A stretch of 64,000 nucleotides of DNA from Mycobacteriales bacterium (GTDB lineage: Bacteria; Actinomycetota; Actinomycetes; Mycobacteriales; QHCE01), in the NCBI GenBank assembly GCA_038260095.1, contig JBBSOC010000003.1:3518-67517 (forward strand). Direction: 5' to 3'. A program made the position numbers and the translations under genes. Position 1 is the first letter of the stretch. The number at the start of each line of letters is the position of its first letter. Under the pieces are notes generated by a model. That model ran no database searches. It was not told where the DNA came from and was given only the letters and a program-made list of their open reading frames with translations. Below, in pieces: positions 1 through 10,709 of the stretch.

Positions 1-1915
1 GGAGTCGACGCAACGACCCGAAATGGCGCAATAAGGCTGTCCTACGCGCTTGCCCGAGCCCGGGAATGTCATCAAGCTCTGAGCGTTGCAAACGCCGCGA
101 CCTTTTGGAGCGATGAAAAGAGATGGCGAAGCGGTGCGCCTCGTCGCGTACTCGCTGCAGTAAATACAATCCTTCGCTGTTACGCGGCAAGATCACCGGA
201 AAGGGTTCGGCAGGTAGCCAAACTTCTTCCAATCGCTTCGCAAGTCCACATAAGGCAACATTGTTAATTCCAAGGTCTTTCAGCACTCGCTCAGCCGCGG
301 CTACCTGCGGCGCGCCCCCATCTACCACCACCAGCTGCGGTGGATACGCGAAAGATTTTGGTGTCGGAGAATTTGGTGTCGGAGAATTTGGTGTCGGAGT
401 AGCGGAATCCAGCCCAGTTTCAGCGTCATCGTCTGCCTGACCCTGCATAGCAAGATAGCGGCTAAACCGTCGCCGTAACACCTGGGCAATAGCCGCGGTA
501 TCGTCGTGCCCGCGTTCGGCCAGCCTAGGATCGTCGCGCCCGCTGTCGCGGATCTCGAACTTACGATATTCAGACTTACGCGGTACCCCGTCCTCAAAGA
601 CGACCATGCTGCCGACGGGATCGCTGCCAGAAATGTGGGAGATGTCGTAGCACTCAATACGCAATGGCGCCTCGGGCAATCCCAAAAACTCCTGTAGTTG
701 GGACAGGGCTAGCGAGCGAGCGGTTAGATCGGTCGCTCGTTTGAGTTTGTGCTGGGCCAGCGCATGCTCGGCATTGCGATGCACGGTTTCCAGCAACGAA
801 CGCTTGTCGCCACGCTGCGGAATGCGCAACCGCACCTCGCAACCACGTTCAGCGCTGAGCAGCTCAGCAAGTGCGTCAACGTCCTCTGGCAGCTCTTCCA
901 GCAAAACTTCACGAGGAATCGCCTCATTCGAACCAATTGCCGAAGTAGAACCATTCACCGTGGATCCGTCCGGCTCGTAAACACCACCGTAAATTTGGAG
1001 ACAGAACTGCTCCGCCAACTCGCCAACACTGGCGTTATCAATCCGCTCCACCACCCAGCCCCGCTGGCCGCGCACCCGACCGCCCCGCACATGAAATACC
1101 TGCACCGCGGCCTCGAATGGGTCGGTAGCAAACGCCACCACATCCGCATCGGTACCATCGGGAAGCACCACCGCTTGCTTCTCCATCGCCTTGCGTAATG
1201 CCGCGACATCATCACGCAGCCGGGCGGCCTGCTCGAAGTCGAGCCGCTTCGCGGCGTCCTGCATCGCCCGATCGAGCCGCCGCGTCATACGGTCGGTCTT
1301 ACCCGCCATGAAGTCACAAAAGTCGTTGACGATGTCACGATGCTCGGCGGCACTGACCCGCCCCACACACGGCGCCGAACACTTACCGATGTCGCCCAGC
1401 AGGCATGGCCGGCCGATCTGGCGTGCCCGTCTGAAAACGCCGGAACTACACGTGCGGGCGGGAAACACTCGCAGCAGCAGATCCAGTGTCTCCCGGATCG
1501 CCCAGGCATGTGCGTACGGACCGAAATACCGCACGCCCTTCTTCTTCGGGCCTCGCATCACCTGCAACCGCGGGTACTCCTCACCCACCGTCACAGCCAG
1601 ACTCGGATAACTTTTATCGTCGCGGTAGCGAACATTGAACCTGGGGTCGTACTCCTTGATCCATGAGTACTCCAGCTGTAAGGCCTCTACCTCGGTGCTT
1701 ACCACCACCCAATCCACACTGCTCGCGGTGGTCACCATGCGTGCAGTGCGTGGGTGTAGCGCTGCCAGATCAGCGAAATAGGAGTTCAGCCGAGAACGTA
1801 GACTCTTGGCTTTGCCGACGTAAATCACCTGCTGTCCGGGACCCCGAAACCGATACACCCCTGGCGATTCGGGAATGCTGCCCGACGCCGGGCGATAGGT
1901 GGAAGGATCGGGCAC
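1..1915 (-). CDS. uvrC: Excinuclease ABC subunit C (3' end lies beyond window start)
   Basis: Absent from the ORF track because it runs off the edge. My minus-strand translation from GTG at 1915 is open down to position 1. It reads [47 protein letters not shown] (GIY-YIG), then [17 protein letters not shown] (UVR), [11 protein letters not shown] and [15 protein letters not shown]. Confidence 0.92.
   Translation of the reverse strand, partial: MPDPSTYRPASGSIPESPGVYRFRGPGQQVIYVGKAKSLRSRLNSYFADLAALHPRTARMVTTASSVDWVVVSTEVEALQLEYSWIKEYDPRFNVRYRDDKSYPSLAVTVGEEYPRLQVMRGPKKKGVRYFGPYAHAWAIRETLDLLLRVFPARTCSSGVFRRARQIGRPCLLGDIGKCSAPCVGRVSAAEHRDIVNDFCDFMAGKTDRMTRRLDRAMQDAAKRLDFEQAARLRDDVAALRKAMEKQAVVLPDGTDADVVAFATDPFEAAVQVFHVRGGRVRGQRGWVVERIDNASVGELAEQFCLQIYGGVYEPDGSTVNGSTSAIGSNEAIPREVLLEELPEDVDALAELLSAERGCEVRLRIPQRGDKRSLLETVHRNAEHALAQHKLKRATDLTARSLALSQLQEFLGLPEAPLRIECYDISHISGSDPVGSMVVFEDGVPRKSEYRKFEIRDSGRDDPRLAERGHDDTAAIAQVLRRRFSRYLAMQGQADDDAETGLDSATPTPNSPTPNSPTPKSFAYPPQLVVVDGGAPQVAAAERVLKDLGINNVALCGLAKRLEEVWLPAEPFPVILPRNSEGLYLLQRVRDEAHRFAISFHRSKRSRRLQRSELDDIPGLGQARRTALLRHFGSLRRL
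357..399. repeat. 15-bp in-frame tandem repeat (about 2.7 copies) inside uvrC
   Basis: GGTGTCGGAGAATTT occurs at 360-374 and 375-389, with a partial third copy at 390-399. On the coding strand it encodes [15 protein letters not shown] in the UvrC linker. Confidence 0.9.
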
Positions 1916-1945
1916 CCCATAAGCCTATCGGGGCCAACCGGGCAG

Positions 1946-2479
1946 TCAGCTTGGCGCGCTGACCAGCAGACCATGCTCGCTTCTCTGAACTAAATCTCTT
2001 GACCCTGCTGGGATGTTGGCGAGTGGCCGCCGAAGTGAACTCTTCCCGAAAGAGTCAGCGCAGGGGCGAAGATCCTTAAGCCTATGTCGAGCTTGAAGGT
2101 CGAGATTGTTCCATCCTGGGCGGTCAGAGTGACCGCTCCGAAGGTGATGATCGGGATCGATGCGCTTCCGGTACCTCGGTAGAAGCCTGTTACCTGTTGC
2201 CTGGGTGATCCTCAGGGCGAGAGCGGCAAGGGTGGCGGTCTTGTCCGAGAATACCCAGGTGATCATGCCGGTGCGTTGATCGAGATCCCAGCGGTCCGCC
2301 GAGCCCAGTCCCCAGGACATGTGTGCCTGAGCCAGTTGGTCGATCATGTCGGTGCCCTGCAGGAGCATCGTGCCGAGATCGACGTGTTCGGGTTGCGCTG
2401 CAATGCCGTCTGGCCTGCTGTTTCGCTTGAACAATCCCATGCGGCGAAGTCTCCCAGAAGGGTTAGGAGAGACGCTCAC
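1946..2479 (-). CDS. Hypothetical protein; N-terminal half resembles DUF6882, C-terminal half may be out of frame
   Basis: 177-aa ORF. The segment MGLFKR...HMSWGLGSADRWDLDQRTGMITWVFSDKTA looks like the DUF6882 family as I remember it. The rest is Arg/His-rich junk-like sequence, while another frame reads more protein-like (GSASIPIITFGAVTLTAQDGTISTFKLDIGL...). Confidence 0.35.
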   Translation of the reverse strand: MSVSPNPSGRLRRMGLFKRNSRPDGIAAQPEHVDLGTMLLQGTDMIDQLAQAHMSWGLGSADRWDLDQRTGMITWVFSDKTATLAALALRITQATGNRLLPRYRKRIDPDHHLRSGHSDRPGWNNLDLQARHRLKDLRPCADSFGKSSLRRPLANIPAGSRDLVQRSEHGLLVSAPS

Positions 2480-2583
2480 CGCCTCAGCACATACGCCGGA
2501 TCGCCAGGGGGTGTCGGTGACAGTGAGCCGGTGCCGATGGCCGAAGGCTGACCAGGCCAGCGGTATCGAGGATGCGTCGCTAG

Positions 2584-2976
2584 TTAGCTCGGTGCGCGGA
2601 CCGGCAGACCATGTTCCTCCGCAGCAGCGGCCAGGCGCGTGTCGTAGGTGAGGAAAGCAGTAAGTTTTGTCCGGAGTAGCAACGCGGTAGCCAGATGGAT
2701 GGCGTCCAAAGACCTCAGGTAAGCACCAGGAAGACGGCTAGCGGATGCGACAATCCGCTCACTTACAGAGAAGTCTCCGACGTCAGCTAGCAACACATCA
2801 GCGCTGCTCAGCCGGGCAGGATCACTGCGAGCTACCGCTCTGCGAACCTCAATCATTAGCAGGGCGCTCGAGACCAAAGGCTCGTGCCGGTGCTCAGTAA
2901 GAAAGTCTTGCAATAATTGTGTCTCACGCTCGGGTAGCACAAGCTTGACAAATGCTGAGGAGTCTAGGTAGATCAC
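2584..2976 (-). CDS. vapC: PIN-domain toxin VapC
   Basis: 130 aa starting MIYLDSSAFVKLV, with conserved acidic residues (D5, E near 40, D in SLDAIHLATA, D in TYDTRL). Lies directly downstream of a small antitoxin ORF. Confidence 0.85.
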   Translation of the reverse strand: MIYLDSSAFVKLVLPERETQLLQDFLTEHRHEPLVSSALLMIEVRRAVARSDPARLSSADVLLADVGDFSVSERIVASASRLPGAYLRSLDAIHLATALLLRTKLTAFLTYDTRLAAAAEEHGLPVRAPS

Positions 2977-3260
2977 TAGCGTTCTTCATCTCGCATCTCT
3001 GCCAGCACCTCGCTCAACGGACGAGTACCGGGTGCTGCGGGAGGTGGGGGTAGATGGTCGAGGATGCTCCCTTGGGCAGGTCGGAACTCTCCTACTGCCT
3101 CTAGCTGATCCAATATGGATGAGGGTTCCGCCGCCGGAACTAGATAGGCCGCAAGCTTGCCGCGCTCGGTAACCGCCACGCGCTGCCCCGCCTTCGCCTT
3201 ACGAACATACTTCGAGGCGTTTTGCCGTAGCTCTCGTATACCAATCGATTCCATAGCCAC
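2976..3260 (-). CDS. Type II antitoxin (Phd/YefM-like N-terminus) of VapC
   Basis: 94 aa reading SIGIRELRQNASKYVRKAKAGQRVAVTERGKLAAYLVP ... LSEVLAEMRDEER. Overlaps the vapC start by 1 nt. Confidence 0.8.
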   Translation of the reverse strand: MAMESIGIRELRQNASKYVRKAKAGQRVAVTERGKLAAYLVPAAEPSSILDQLEAVGEFRPAQGSILDHLPPPPAAPGTRPLSEVLAEMRDEER

Positions 3261-3292
3261 AAGGGTAGCACTTGAAGTGCTACAGGCCTCGA

Positions 3293-3799
3293 CTACGCGG
3301 TGACAATATTTCCCCCGCTGACTTGCACCGCGATTGAGCCCAGCGGCGAGCGGGCTGGGCCGCGCAGCACTGAACCATCGGCCGCGTTAAATCGTGAGCC
3401 ATGGTTCGGGCAGGTCATTGCGCCGTCGGCCGGCTCGTCGACAATAGTGCTCTGGTGCGTGCATCGGGCGTCAAACGCTTTGATTACACCCTCCGATGGC
3501 TGGGTCAGCATGATGCGAAGCCCGCTCGGGTCAGTGACAAGTTTGCCGCCACCGACGGGCACATCAGAAACCTTCGCCAACGATGTAGCACTACGTGGTG
3601 CATTAGTTGCCGATTTGCCCGCTCCGGTATCTTTCGACGCCGCGGGGGTGCCGCATGCCGCCAGGCCTGCTCCTAGCGCTCCGACTCCGGCGCACGCGGC
3701 AGCCGCTACACACAGTGCTTGGCGTCGAGGAAGCCCCGCGACTTCGACTGTCCCCGCTGGCTGCATCCCGCTAGTCAGGTTCTCGGTCGATTCAGTCAT
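3293..3799 (-). CDS. Rieske [2Fe-2S] domain protein with Tat/lipoprotein-like signal
   Basis: CTHQSTIV...CPNHGSRF is the Rieske CxH...CxxH motif. RRQALCVAAAACAGVGALGAGLAAC is a twin-arginine/lipobox-like leader. I prefer the ATG at 3799 (preceded by AGGAG) over the track start at 3886. Confidence 0.8.
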   Translation of the reverse strand: MTESTENLTSGMQPAGTVEVAGLPRRQALCVAAAACAGVGALGAGLAACGTPAASKDTGAGKSATNAPRSATSLAKVSDVPVGGGKLVTDPSGLRIMLTQPSEGVIKAFDARCTHQSTIVDEPADGAMTCPNHGSRFNAADGSVLRGPARSPLGSIAVQVSGGNIVTA

Positions 3800-3926
3800 C
3801 TCTCGCTCCTGGTCGCCATCGGCGGGATAAGAACGTTTACCATTCACCGGGTATGTCGCGCGGCTCGTCCGCGACGTTGTGGACAAACAGCAACGCTATC
3901 GCTATCCACACAGGAAAGCGACGTAA

Positions 3927-6797
3927 TCAGCCAACTGCGGCCGCGAGTGCGGTGCGCAGAAACTTGCCCGTGTGGCTTTCGGCAACGCTTGCCACGTGCT
4001 CTGGTGTACCTTCGGCAACCACGATGCCGCCCCGATTCCCGCCTTCGGGGCCCATGTCAATGACCCAGTCCACTGTCTTGATCACATCGAGGTTGTGCTC
4101 AACCACGACGATGGTGTTTCCCGCCGCGACTAGACGGTCCAGCACACCAAGCAGTTTGCGGATGTCTTCAAAATGCAGCCCCGTTGTGGGCTCGTCGAGC
4201 ACATAGATGGTTCGACCGGTGGAACGTTTCTGTAGCTCAGTCGCCAGCTTTACCCGCTGCGCCTCACCACCGGAGAGCGTGGGTGCACTCTGCCCTAGCC
4301 GGACGTACCCCAGCCCCACGTCTACTAGCGTCTTCAAGTATCGATGGATCGTAGTGACGGGTTCGAAGAATTCCGCCGCATGCTCGATCGGCATTTCGAG
4401 CACTTCGGCGATCGTCTTGCCCTTGTAATGCACCTCCAGCGTTTCGCGGTTATACCGTGCGCCTTTGCATACCTCGCACGGAACGTACACGTCCGGCAAG
4501 AAATTCATCTCAATCTTGATTGTGCCGTCGCCAGCACACGCCTCACAGCGGCCACCCTTGATATTGAAGGAAAAACGCCCCTGCGTATAACCACGGACCT
4601 TTGCCTCTATCGTCTCGGCGAACAGCTTACGGATCCGATCGAAGACTCCGGTGTAGGTAGCGGGATTAGAGCGCGGGGTGCGCCCGATAGGCGACTGGTC
4701 AACTCCTACGACCTTGTCGAGTTGTTCGAGCCCAGTGATCCGTTGATGCCTGCCCGGGACCAAACGGGCTTTGTTGATCGTGTTGGCAAGTACCGAGTAC
4801 AAAATGTCGTTGACCAAGGTCGATTTTCCGGAACCGGAGACGCCAGTGACCGCAACGAAACAGCCCAGCGGAATCGCCACGTCGATTCCGCGCAAGTTGT
4901 GCTCCCGCGCTCCTTTGATCACGAGCTGCCGCTTCGGATCACGTGGTCGGCGTGTGGCCGGAACATCGATCCGTGCTCGGCCAGACAGGTAGGCCCCTGT
5001 CAACGACTCCTTTGATTCCAGCAACTGCGACACCGGGCCAGAAACCACGACTTTGCCACCGTGCTCCCCGGCGCCTGGACCAATGTCAACTACCCAGTCG
5101 GCGGTGCGAATGGTGTCCTCGTCGTGCTCGACCACGATGAGCGTGTTTCCCAACTCTTTGAGCCGGAGCAGCGTTTGGATCAACCGGCGATTGTCTCGCT
5201 GGTGCAGCCCGATGGATGGCTCATCCAGCACATACAGCACGCCGACTAGACCGGATCCGATTTGAGTCGCCAGCCGAATGCGCTGCGCCTCACCGCCAGA
5301 AAGAGTGCCCGCGGGCCGATCGAGCGACAGGTAGTCCAGGCCTACGTTGAGCAGGAACGCCAACCGCTCCCCGATCTCCTTAAGTACCCGCTCGGCGATC
5401 AAACGTTGACGTTCATCGAGGGAAATACTGCTTAGGTACTCCGCGAACTCACCGATGGACAACGCACAAACCTCGGCAATGTTGCGACCATCAATGGTCA
5501 CCGCCAGTACCTCAGGTTTGAGTCGCGCGCCATGACAGCTGGGGCACGCAATGTCGCGCATGTACCCCTCGTAGCGCTCTCGGCTGTAATCGCTCTCGGT
5601 GTCGGCGTGACGGCGCTCCAGGAACGGGATCACGCCCTCAAACTCGGCGTAATAGGAGCGTTCCCTGCCATACCGATTCTCATAGCGGACATGTACTTGG
5701 GTTTCGTGTCCATGCAGAATTGCTTTCTGCGCCCGCCCCGGCAATGCACGCCACGGCGTATTCACGTCGAATGCCAGCGCATCCCCTAGCCCACCGAGTA
5801 GCCGCAGAAAGTATTCACCGTTGTGTCCGGTAGCCCATGGGGCAATAGCACCCTCAGCCAAAGTGCGCTCCTCATCGGGTACGACAAGCTCGGGATCGAC
5901 TTCCTTTTTAGTTCCGATACCACCACATTCTAGGCAGGCGCCAAAAGGCGAGTTGAACGAAAACGACCGTGGTTCCATCGCTTCGAAGGACAAATCGTCG
6001 TCCAAACACGCTAAGTGTTCGGAGAAGGTGCGCTCCCGAGCGGGATCATCATCGTCAAGGTCTACACACTCGAGGATGAGCAGCCCGTCTGCTAGTAACA
6101 GCGCGGTCTCCACGGAGTCCGTGAGCCGTCGCTTGGCACTTACCTTGACACTGAGCCGGTCAACAACCACTTCAATACTGTGCTTTTCCTGCTTTTTCGG
6201 CTTGGGTGGATCGGTGAGCGAGTGCAACACGCCATCGACCCGCACTCGGGCATAGCCTTTGGCCTGTAGCTCAGCAAACAAGTCCGCGTACTCGCCTTTG
6301 CGCCCGCGCACCACTGGAGCAAGTACTTGGAATCGGGTTCCTTCATCCATCGCGAGCACGCGGTCCACAATCTGCTGCGGAGTCTGCCGACTGACGCGTT
6401 TGCCGCATTGTGGGCAGTGCGGCACGCCGGCGCGGGCGAATAGCAGACGCAGATAGTCGTACACCTCAGTAATGGTGCCGACCGTGGAGCGGGGATTACG
6501 GTTGGTGGACTTTTGATCGATAGAGACCGCCGGGGACAGCCCTTCGATGAAGTCCACATCGGGCTTATCCATCTGGCCCAGGAACTGGCGAGCATAAGCC
6601 GACAAAGACTCCACATAACGGCGTTGGCCTTCGGCGAAGATCGTGTCAAATGCCAAGCTTGATTTACCTGAGCCAGACAGGCCGGTGAACACGATCAGGC
6701 TGTCACGCGGAAGCTCCACACTGATGTCACGCAGGTTATGTTCCCGCGCACCGTGGACTACCAGTTTCCCCGATGAGACAGTGGATTGATCGACCAT
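3927..6797 (-). CDS. uvrA: Excinuclease ABC subunit A
   Basis: 956 aa with two ABC ATPase modules ([35 protein letters not shown] x2) and zinc-finger Cys clusters. Confidence 0.97.
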   Translation of the reverse strand: MVDQSTVSSGKLVVHGAREHNLRDISVELPRDSLIVFTGLSGSGKSSLAFDTIFAEGQRRYVESLSAYARQFLGQMDKPDVDFIEGLSPAVSIDQKSTNRNPRSTVGTITEVYDYLRLLFARAGVPHCPQCGKRVSRQTPQQIVDRVLAMDEGTRFQVLAPVVRGRKGEYADLFAELQAKGYARVRVDGVLHSLTDPPKPKKQEKHSIEVVVDRLSVKVSAKRRLTDSVETALLLADGLLILECVDLDDDDPARERTFSEHLACLDDDLSFEAMEPRSFSFNSPFGACLECGGIGTKKEVDPELVVPDEERTLAEGAIAPWATGHNGEYFLRLLGGLGDALAFDVNTPWRALPGRAQKAILHGHETQVHVRYENRYGRERSYYAEFEGVIPFLERRHADTESDYSRERYEGYMRDIACPSCHGARLKPEVLAVTIDGRNIAEVCALSIGEFAEYLSSISLDERQRLIAERVLKEIGERLAFLLNVGLDYLSLDRPAGTLSGGEAQRIRLATQIGSGLVGVLYVLDEPSIGLHQRDNRRLIQTLLRLKELGNTLIVVEHDEDTIRTADWVVDIGPGAGEHGGKVVVSGPVSQLLESKESLTGAYLSGRARIDVPATRRPRDPKRQLVIKGAREHNLRGIDVAIPLGCFVAVTGVSGSGKSTLVNDILYSVLANTINKARLVPGRHQRITGLEQLDKVVGVDQSPIGRTPRSNPATYTGVFDRIRKLFAETIEAKVRGYTQGRFSFNIKGGRCEACAGDGTIKIEMNFLPDVYVPCEVCKGARYNRETLEVHYKGKTIAEVLEMPIEHAAEFFEPVTTIHRYLKTLVDVGLGYVRLGQSAPTLSGGEAQRVKLATELQKRSTGRTIYVLDEPTTGLHFEDIRKLLGVLDRLVAAGNTIVVVEHNLDVIKTVDWVIDMGPEGGNRGGIVVAEGTPEHVASVAESHTGKFLRTALAAAVG

Positions 6798-7070
6798 GGG
6801 CTGTGTTGCTCCAGATACTCAAGATGACAGTGCGTCCATCGTCAAATCTAGCGACTGCCTGTGACAGTTCGACGGCGTGGAGGCAGCTCGGGTGCACGGG
6901 CCCGGACATGCCCTTTCGGGAATGCTAGGTGCTACGGCCCCGATATGGCCGAAGACAGGCGGTAAACCCCTGGTGAGCTTAGCCTTGCTTTGGGGGGGCA
7001 CGGTGCTACCGATTGAACCTGCCAACGCGCCGGGAATGGATGAAAGACACCGAACGGTTACGCTGGGACG

Positions 7071-8110
7071 ATGGCCCTCGAAGTCGATCACAGTCACGCT
7101 CGCGAGACGCAGGACCGAAGCCACACTTTTACCCTTCTCGACGAGATCCGCTCGGCGTCATCGACAGCCGTGGCGAGGGATGTGGCGTTCCATACCTTGG
7201 CTTTCCTGGAGGATTACCGTTCGATCGGCCCCTTGACGGCGATGGTCGACGATGACCAGCTCTCCGACTCGGTGAGAGAAGCCGCATCCGAGGTTCTTCA
7301 GGAGCTTGATGACAGCACCACGACCGAACGTCGCCGTGGCTGGTGGGACAGTGGCGATCCAGTGACGATGGCGCACGCACTGCGCTTGATGACGCGCTCC
7401 GAGGCGGACATCGTTGCTGTGGTCGCTTGCGACGATGAGCATCCGTTGCAGGCACTCGCGCTGTATGCCATGACCTTCGGATTCGACGAGACAGAGTATT
7501 CGCCCCTCAAGATCCGCGCTTTGGGGCACCCTAACCCTGAGGTGCGAGTGGCGGCCGCGGAGATTCTCCTGTGGGATGAGCCGGTGGGCGCCGAGGGGCC
7601 TCTCCTGGCTGCCGGTCACGATCCCTCGAGTGAAGTGGCGACCGCTGCGGTCGACACGTTGCAGTACTACCCATCCCGGCGGGTCCTGCGTGCCCTGGCC
7701 GACTTCGCCAGTGCCGGAGACGATCGGGTGCGTGCAGCGGCGGCCAAGAGTTTCGAGAGCGTCCAAGACGATTTCGAATGCTTCGTCCGTTCCGGTCAAC
7801 CCGAGCAGGTGGCGTTGCTGCGAGACTGGATGAAGCCAGTCGCCGATCTCATCCGGTGGCCGGACACAATTCAGAATCGCCAGGCCTCGTCGTCGCCCGA
7901 ACTGCGGCGTCGTGTCGCCGTGTCCGAAGATGAGGTGTTGGCGCTCGTTCTCGACCCCGATGGCGAATGGGCGCCGCCCATGCACCTGCCGAGCAGGCGA
8001 GGGAGCGCCTGGCCGGTCTGGTCCGAACGGACGCAAGGGAGTGCGTGCGAACGACGGCGATCTCGGGTCTAGTCGGTCTTGGTGCACGTCACGAGATCGC
8101 AAGCCTGGCC
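7071..8110 (+). pseudogene. HEAT-repeat protein, frameshifted
   Basis: The 333-aa ORF carries HEAT-like repeats (HPNPEVRVAAAEILL, DPSSEVATAAVDTLQ, GDDRVRAAAAKSFE). After about 7965 the repeat pattern continues only in another frame (ERLAGLVRTDARECVRTTAISGLVGLGARHEIASLAPLL). A further upstream fragment (EWMKDTERLRWDDG) sits in a third frame. Confidence 0.5.
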
Positions 8111-8537
8111 CCGCTGCTCCGCGAACCACCCGGCGTTACCTGGGCTGTTCACATCGGGATCCTTGGTGGACTCGGCAAGTTCAGGCTCCCAGCCCCAGGA
8201 CGCGATGACTTGGCCGCCGTCGACAACCTCCACCTCGTCCACAGCGTGGTAGAACACCGCTGCATCTTGCGATAGTGAGACCAAGCGGCTAGCTGAGAAC
8301 CTCGCCCCAGAATCCCGTCACCACGTCAGTGATGACGGGATTCTGCGGAATGCGATCTCCTCCGTCGACGCAGCGGACGCAGGCAGACCGACCTTGCGTT
8401 GCTCACTGCTTCTCACCTGCGAAAACGCGACGGATCCCGACCCGAGTGATGCTGATCTCAGGATCTTCTGCCAACGCTGGGGTGCTCGGGTTGTACAACG
8501 TTAGACCCACCCAGCTGACCTGGGTAAACGGTTGTCA
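8069..8537 (-). pseudogene. Decayed small gene (several frame breaks); last 71 codons still open
   Basis: GGAGGAGAGGGG plus an ATG at 8537 opens MTTVYPGQLGGSNVVQPEHPSVG. Protein-like sequence then continues in shifted frames (EDPEISITRVGIRRVFAGEKQ; CVRCVDGGDRIPQNPVITDVVTGFWGEVLS) down to the 71-aa ORF at 8069..8284. Confidence 0.3.
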
Positions 8538-8696
8538 TTTGCTTCCCCTCTCCTCCGAATCAGCCACTTGGCCGTCTACAAGGGCTGGCGCACGCGCGCA
8601 TCCGGGCGCTTGCCGCACAGCTCGCCTGCGGCCCTACAATGAGGCAGTGGGTGCGCACAACACAGTCGTCATGGATATTGCGCTGGCCCGGCTCCG

Positions 8697-9107
8697 TTAT
8701 CTTTCCTCGAATTCAAGGACAGCTTGCTCTCGCGTGGCACTCAGTGCCGAAACTGCACCTGCTAATTCCTGGACGAGGTCGTCGTCATCAATGGCGTGCC
8801 GAGTGGCCAATTCGATGAGCATGTCCTCGCCTTGTGGATACACAACGCGCACTGATGACTCGATAGTCCATTCATCCTCGTCTAAAATGAGGTTCATCCC
8901 GAAACTCAAAGCAGCGCCAGATTCATGTTCAGCATCTGCGTACCATTCGATCCGGAGGCCACTACCTCTCCCCGTCTCGTATGAGTACTCATCTCGCCGT
9001 TGCTGCCTCGACATCCAACAGGGTTGGGACACGTCACTGAAACCCGGCGTATTCCTCAACCAACTCGCCAAACTGGAAAAGGCCTCACTGACCCTGACGA
9101 GAGGCAC
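8697..9107 (-). CDS. Hypothetical acidic protein
   Basis: 136-aa ORF with no motif I recognise. The likely start is the internal MSRQQRRDEY at 9014. It lies downstream of the HEPN-MNT pair on the same strand. Confidence 0.4.
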   Translation of the reverse strand: MPLVRVSEAFSSLASWLRNTPGFSDVSQPCWMSRQQRRDEYSYETGRGSGLRIEWYADAEHESGAALSFGMNLILDEDEWTIESSVRVVYPQGEDMLIELATRHAIDDDDLVQELAGAVSALSATREQAVLEFEER

Positions 9108-9223
9108 TTCCGCGCAATCATGCCGCTGTGGGGCGCCGTGGGCGAGGCATTCACGCTGCTTCCCAACGACAGTCGTGGCTAGGTCGCTTGACTCCGCGCG
9201 GTTTCGCCTCGATCTCTGGCAGC

Positions 9224-9628
9224 TCAGGTATCACTAACGATGACGGCCGCAGCTTCAACCAATCGGGCAGTTGCTCGTAGCGTCGCTTTCAATTTGCTAT
9301 CCCCGATAAAGTGATCACCATAGTGAGCCGAATCTTTAATTGTCAGCACGGCCGCTAGATCTGCAGCATGCTTGCCTCCGTCAGGTCTCACCAGACGGAG
9401 AACGCCAACTGCGCCCTGATGGTCCTGCCCTCGGTGCCGCTTTCCCAACCGAGCGCAGCAGATGGCATCGGATGCCGCAACAGCCGCCAGCACAGCGTTG
9501 CCTGCGGCTACGTTGCGCGCCTCCTCAATAAGTTCCTCGGCGGCGAGAGAGGCAACTTCTAGGTACGCACGGGCTACTTTTAGTCGGTTACGAGCCTCGG
9601 CTGCCCCACATGGAGACTGGCGGCTCAT
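9224..9628 (-). CDS. HEPN-domain protein (toxin of HEPN-MNT pair)
   Basis: The start ATG at 9628 overlaps the upstream stop (ATGA). It is helical, with AGNAVLAAVAASDAICCARLGKRHRGQDH providing an Rx5H-type HEPN motif. Confidence 0.7.
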   Translation of the reverse strand: MSRQSPCGAAEARNRLKVARAYLEVASLAAEELIEEARNVAAGNAVLAAVAASDAICCARLGKRHRGQDHQGAVGVLRLVRPDGGKHAADLAAVLTIKDSAHYGDHFIGDSKLKATLRATARLVEAAAVIVSDT

Positions 9629-10245
9629 GATGTTTTCCTCAGCATGGCGACGAAATCCTCGCCGGCTAGCCGTAGACCATCTCGGCGCCATTCCTCCATG
9701 ATTGGTTCGGCGGAATGAACAGCCCGTTGTAGATCGTCCACAGAAATATCGAACCAAGCAACGTCATTGCCAGAGGCTTCTCGTATCCGCATAGCTGTTT
9801 TCAGCAACTGAGTGGTCCACTGCTCGCTATCAACATCCACGCTCACTGGCCGAACGAGCAAGACGTCTAGATCACTGGAAGTACTACCGTCTCCACGAGC
9901 TGCGGAACCAAACAGTGAGGCATGGATAGGTGCTAACGACCAGGCAGCAATGTGATCAGCGAGCAGCTCAAACAAACTCTTTCTTACTTTCACCAAGTCG
10001 ATGAGAGCGTTAGCCATCAGGTGGGCCCGATTGAGGCGGCATAGCTTCGACCCCCCTCGCTCTTCTACCAGAACCAGACCGTGAGCAGCCAACCGGTCAA
10101 CTACTTTGGCCGCATGGGCATGAGAGACTCTCGCCATACGCGCCAGTTGACGACCAGTGAATGCATCATCGGCACCCGCCAATACCCGCAGTAGTGCGGC
10201 AGTGCTGAGTGGTAGCACTGCACTGGCTGGCTCGGTTAGATCCAT
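9625..10245 (-). CDS. Winged-HTH plus minimal nucleotidyltransferase (MNT antitoxin)
   Basis: 206 aa. The N-terminus is MarR-like (RQLARMARVSHAHAAKVVDRLAAHGLV). It is followed by the NTase signature LFGSAARGDGSTSSDLDVLLV. Confidence 0.8.
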   Translation of the reverse strand: MDLTEPASAVLPLSTAALLRVLAGADDAFTGRQLARMARVSHAHAAKVVDRLAAHGLVLVEERGGSKLCRLNRAHLMANALIDLVKVRKSLFELLADHIAAWSLAPIHASLFGSAARGDGSTSSDLDVLLVRPVSVDVDSEQWTTQLLKTAMRIREASGNDVAWFDISVDDLQRAVHSAEPIMEEWRRDGLRLAGEDFVAMLRKTS

Positions 10246-10709
10246 ATCTCCATTAATAACACTACTGAATGACGTCCTCTATTCGAAGACATATGTCAAC
10301 TAATAGAAGACACTAACAGATGGGGCTAGTTAAGTGCGCGGCTTAATCGCCCACGCACTCAGCTGACTTGCTTTAACCTCATGAAATTTGCCACGTCTCG
10401 CATGGCACGCAGATTTCTATTACAGCAGTAAATTATCGCCGTTAGCAGACCCGAGCAGCTACGCGCCGAAACTGAGCAGCGCGGCTACGCTACGGCAGGA
10501 AAGTAGTGATAGTTCTAGTGCCGCGTAATTGATGTCGTGGTAGGTCCTTAACGACAACTTGTGCCAAGTTGTCGATGGAAAACCCCAGCAACAGAGCGCT
10601 TTACACAGGACAAGCAATCAATTACACAACACTAGACACCTTCGCAGTGATCGCGCTCCGCCGAGATGAACCAGCGTTGAAGAAGTCGGGCAGCTGCACA
10701 CGTTATCGC

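Noticed and set aside
4207-6456. Multiple 60-220 aa ORFs on the + strand inside uvrA (for example 4344..5015, 5821..6255); similar antisense ORFs inside miaA/dapF (12364..13071), abiEi (27778..28557), sigA (44675..45337, 45159..45812) and dxs
   Set aside because: All are antisense to, or out of frame with, strongly supported genes, and their composition is biased. These are typical shadow ORFs of high-GC DNA.
8299-8341. 17-bp inverted repeat (CAGAATCCCGTCACCAC / GTGATGACGGGATTCTG) as a terminator
   Set aside because: It has no U-tract. It also falls inside protein-like sequence of the decayed minus-strand gene (…IPQNPVITDVVTGFWG…), so it is probably a coding-sequence coincidence or a relic.
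8329-9237. 302-aa + strand ORF
   Set aside because: It is low-complexity and Ser/Arg/Ala-rich. It overlaps the more protein-like minus-strand ORF at 8697..9107 and the decayed minus-strand gene. It is likely a GC-driven open frame.
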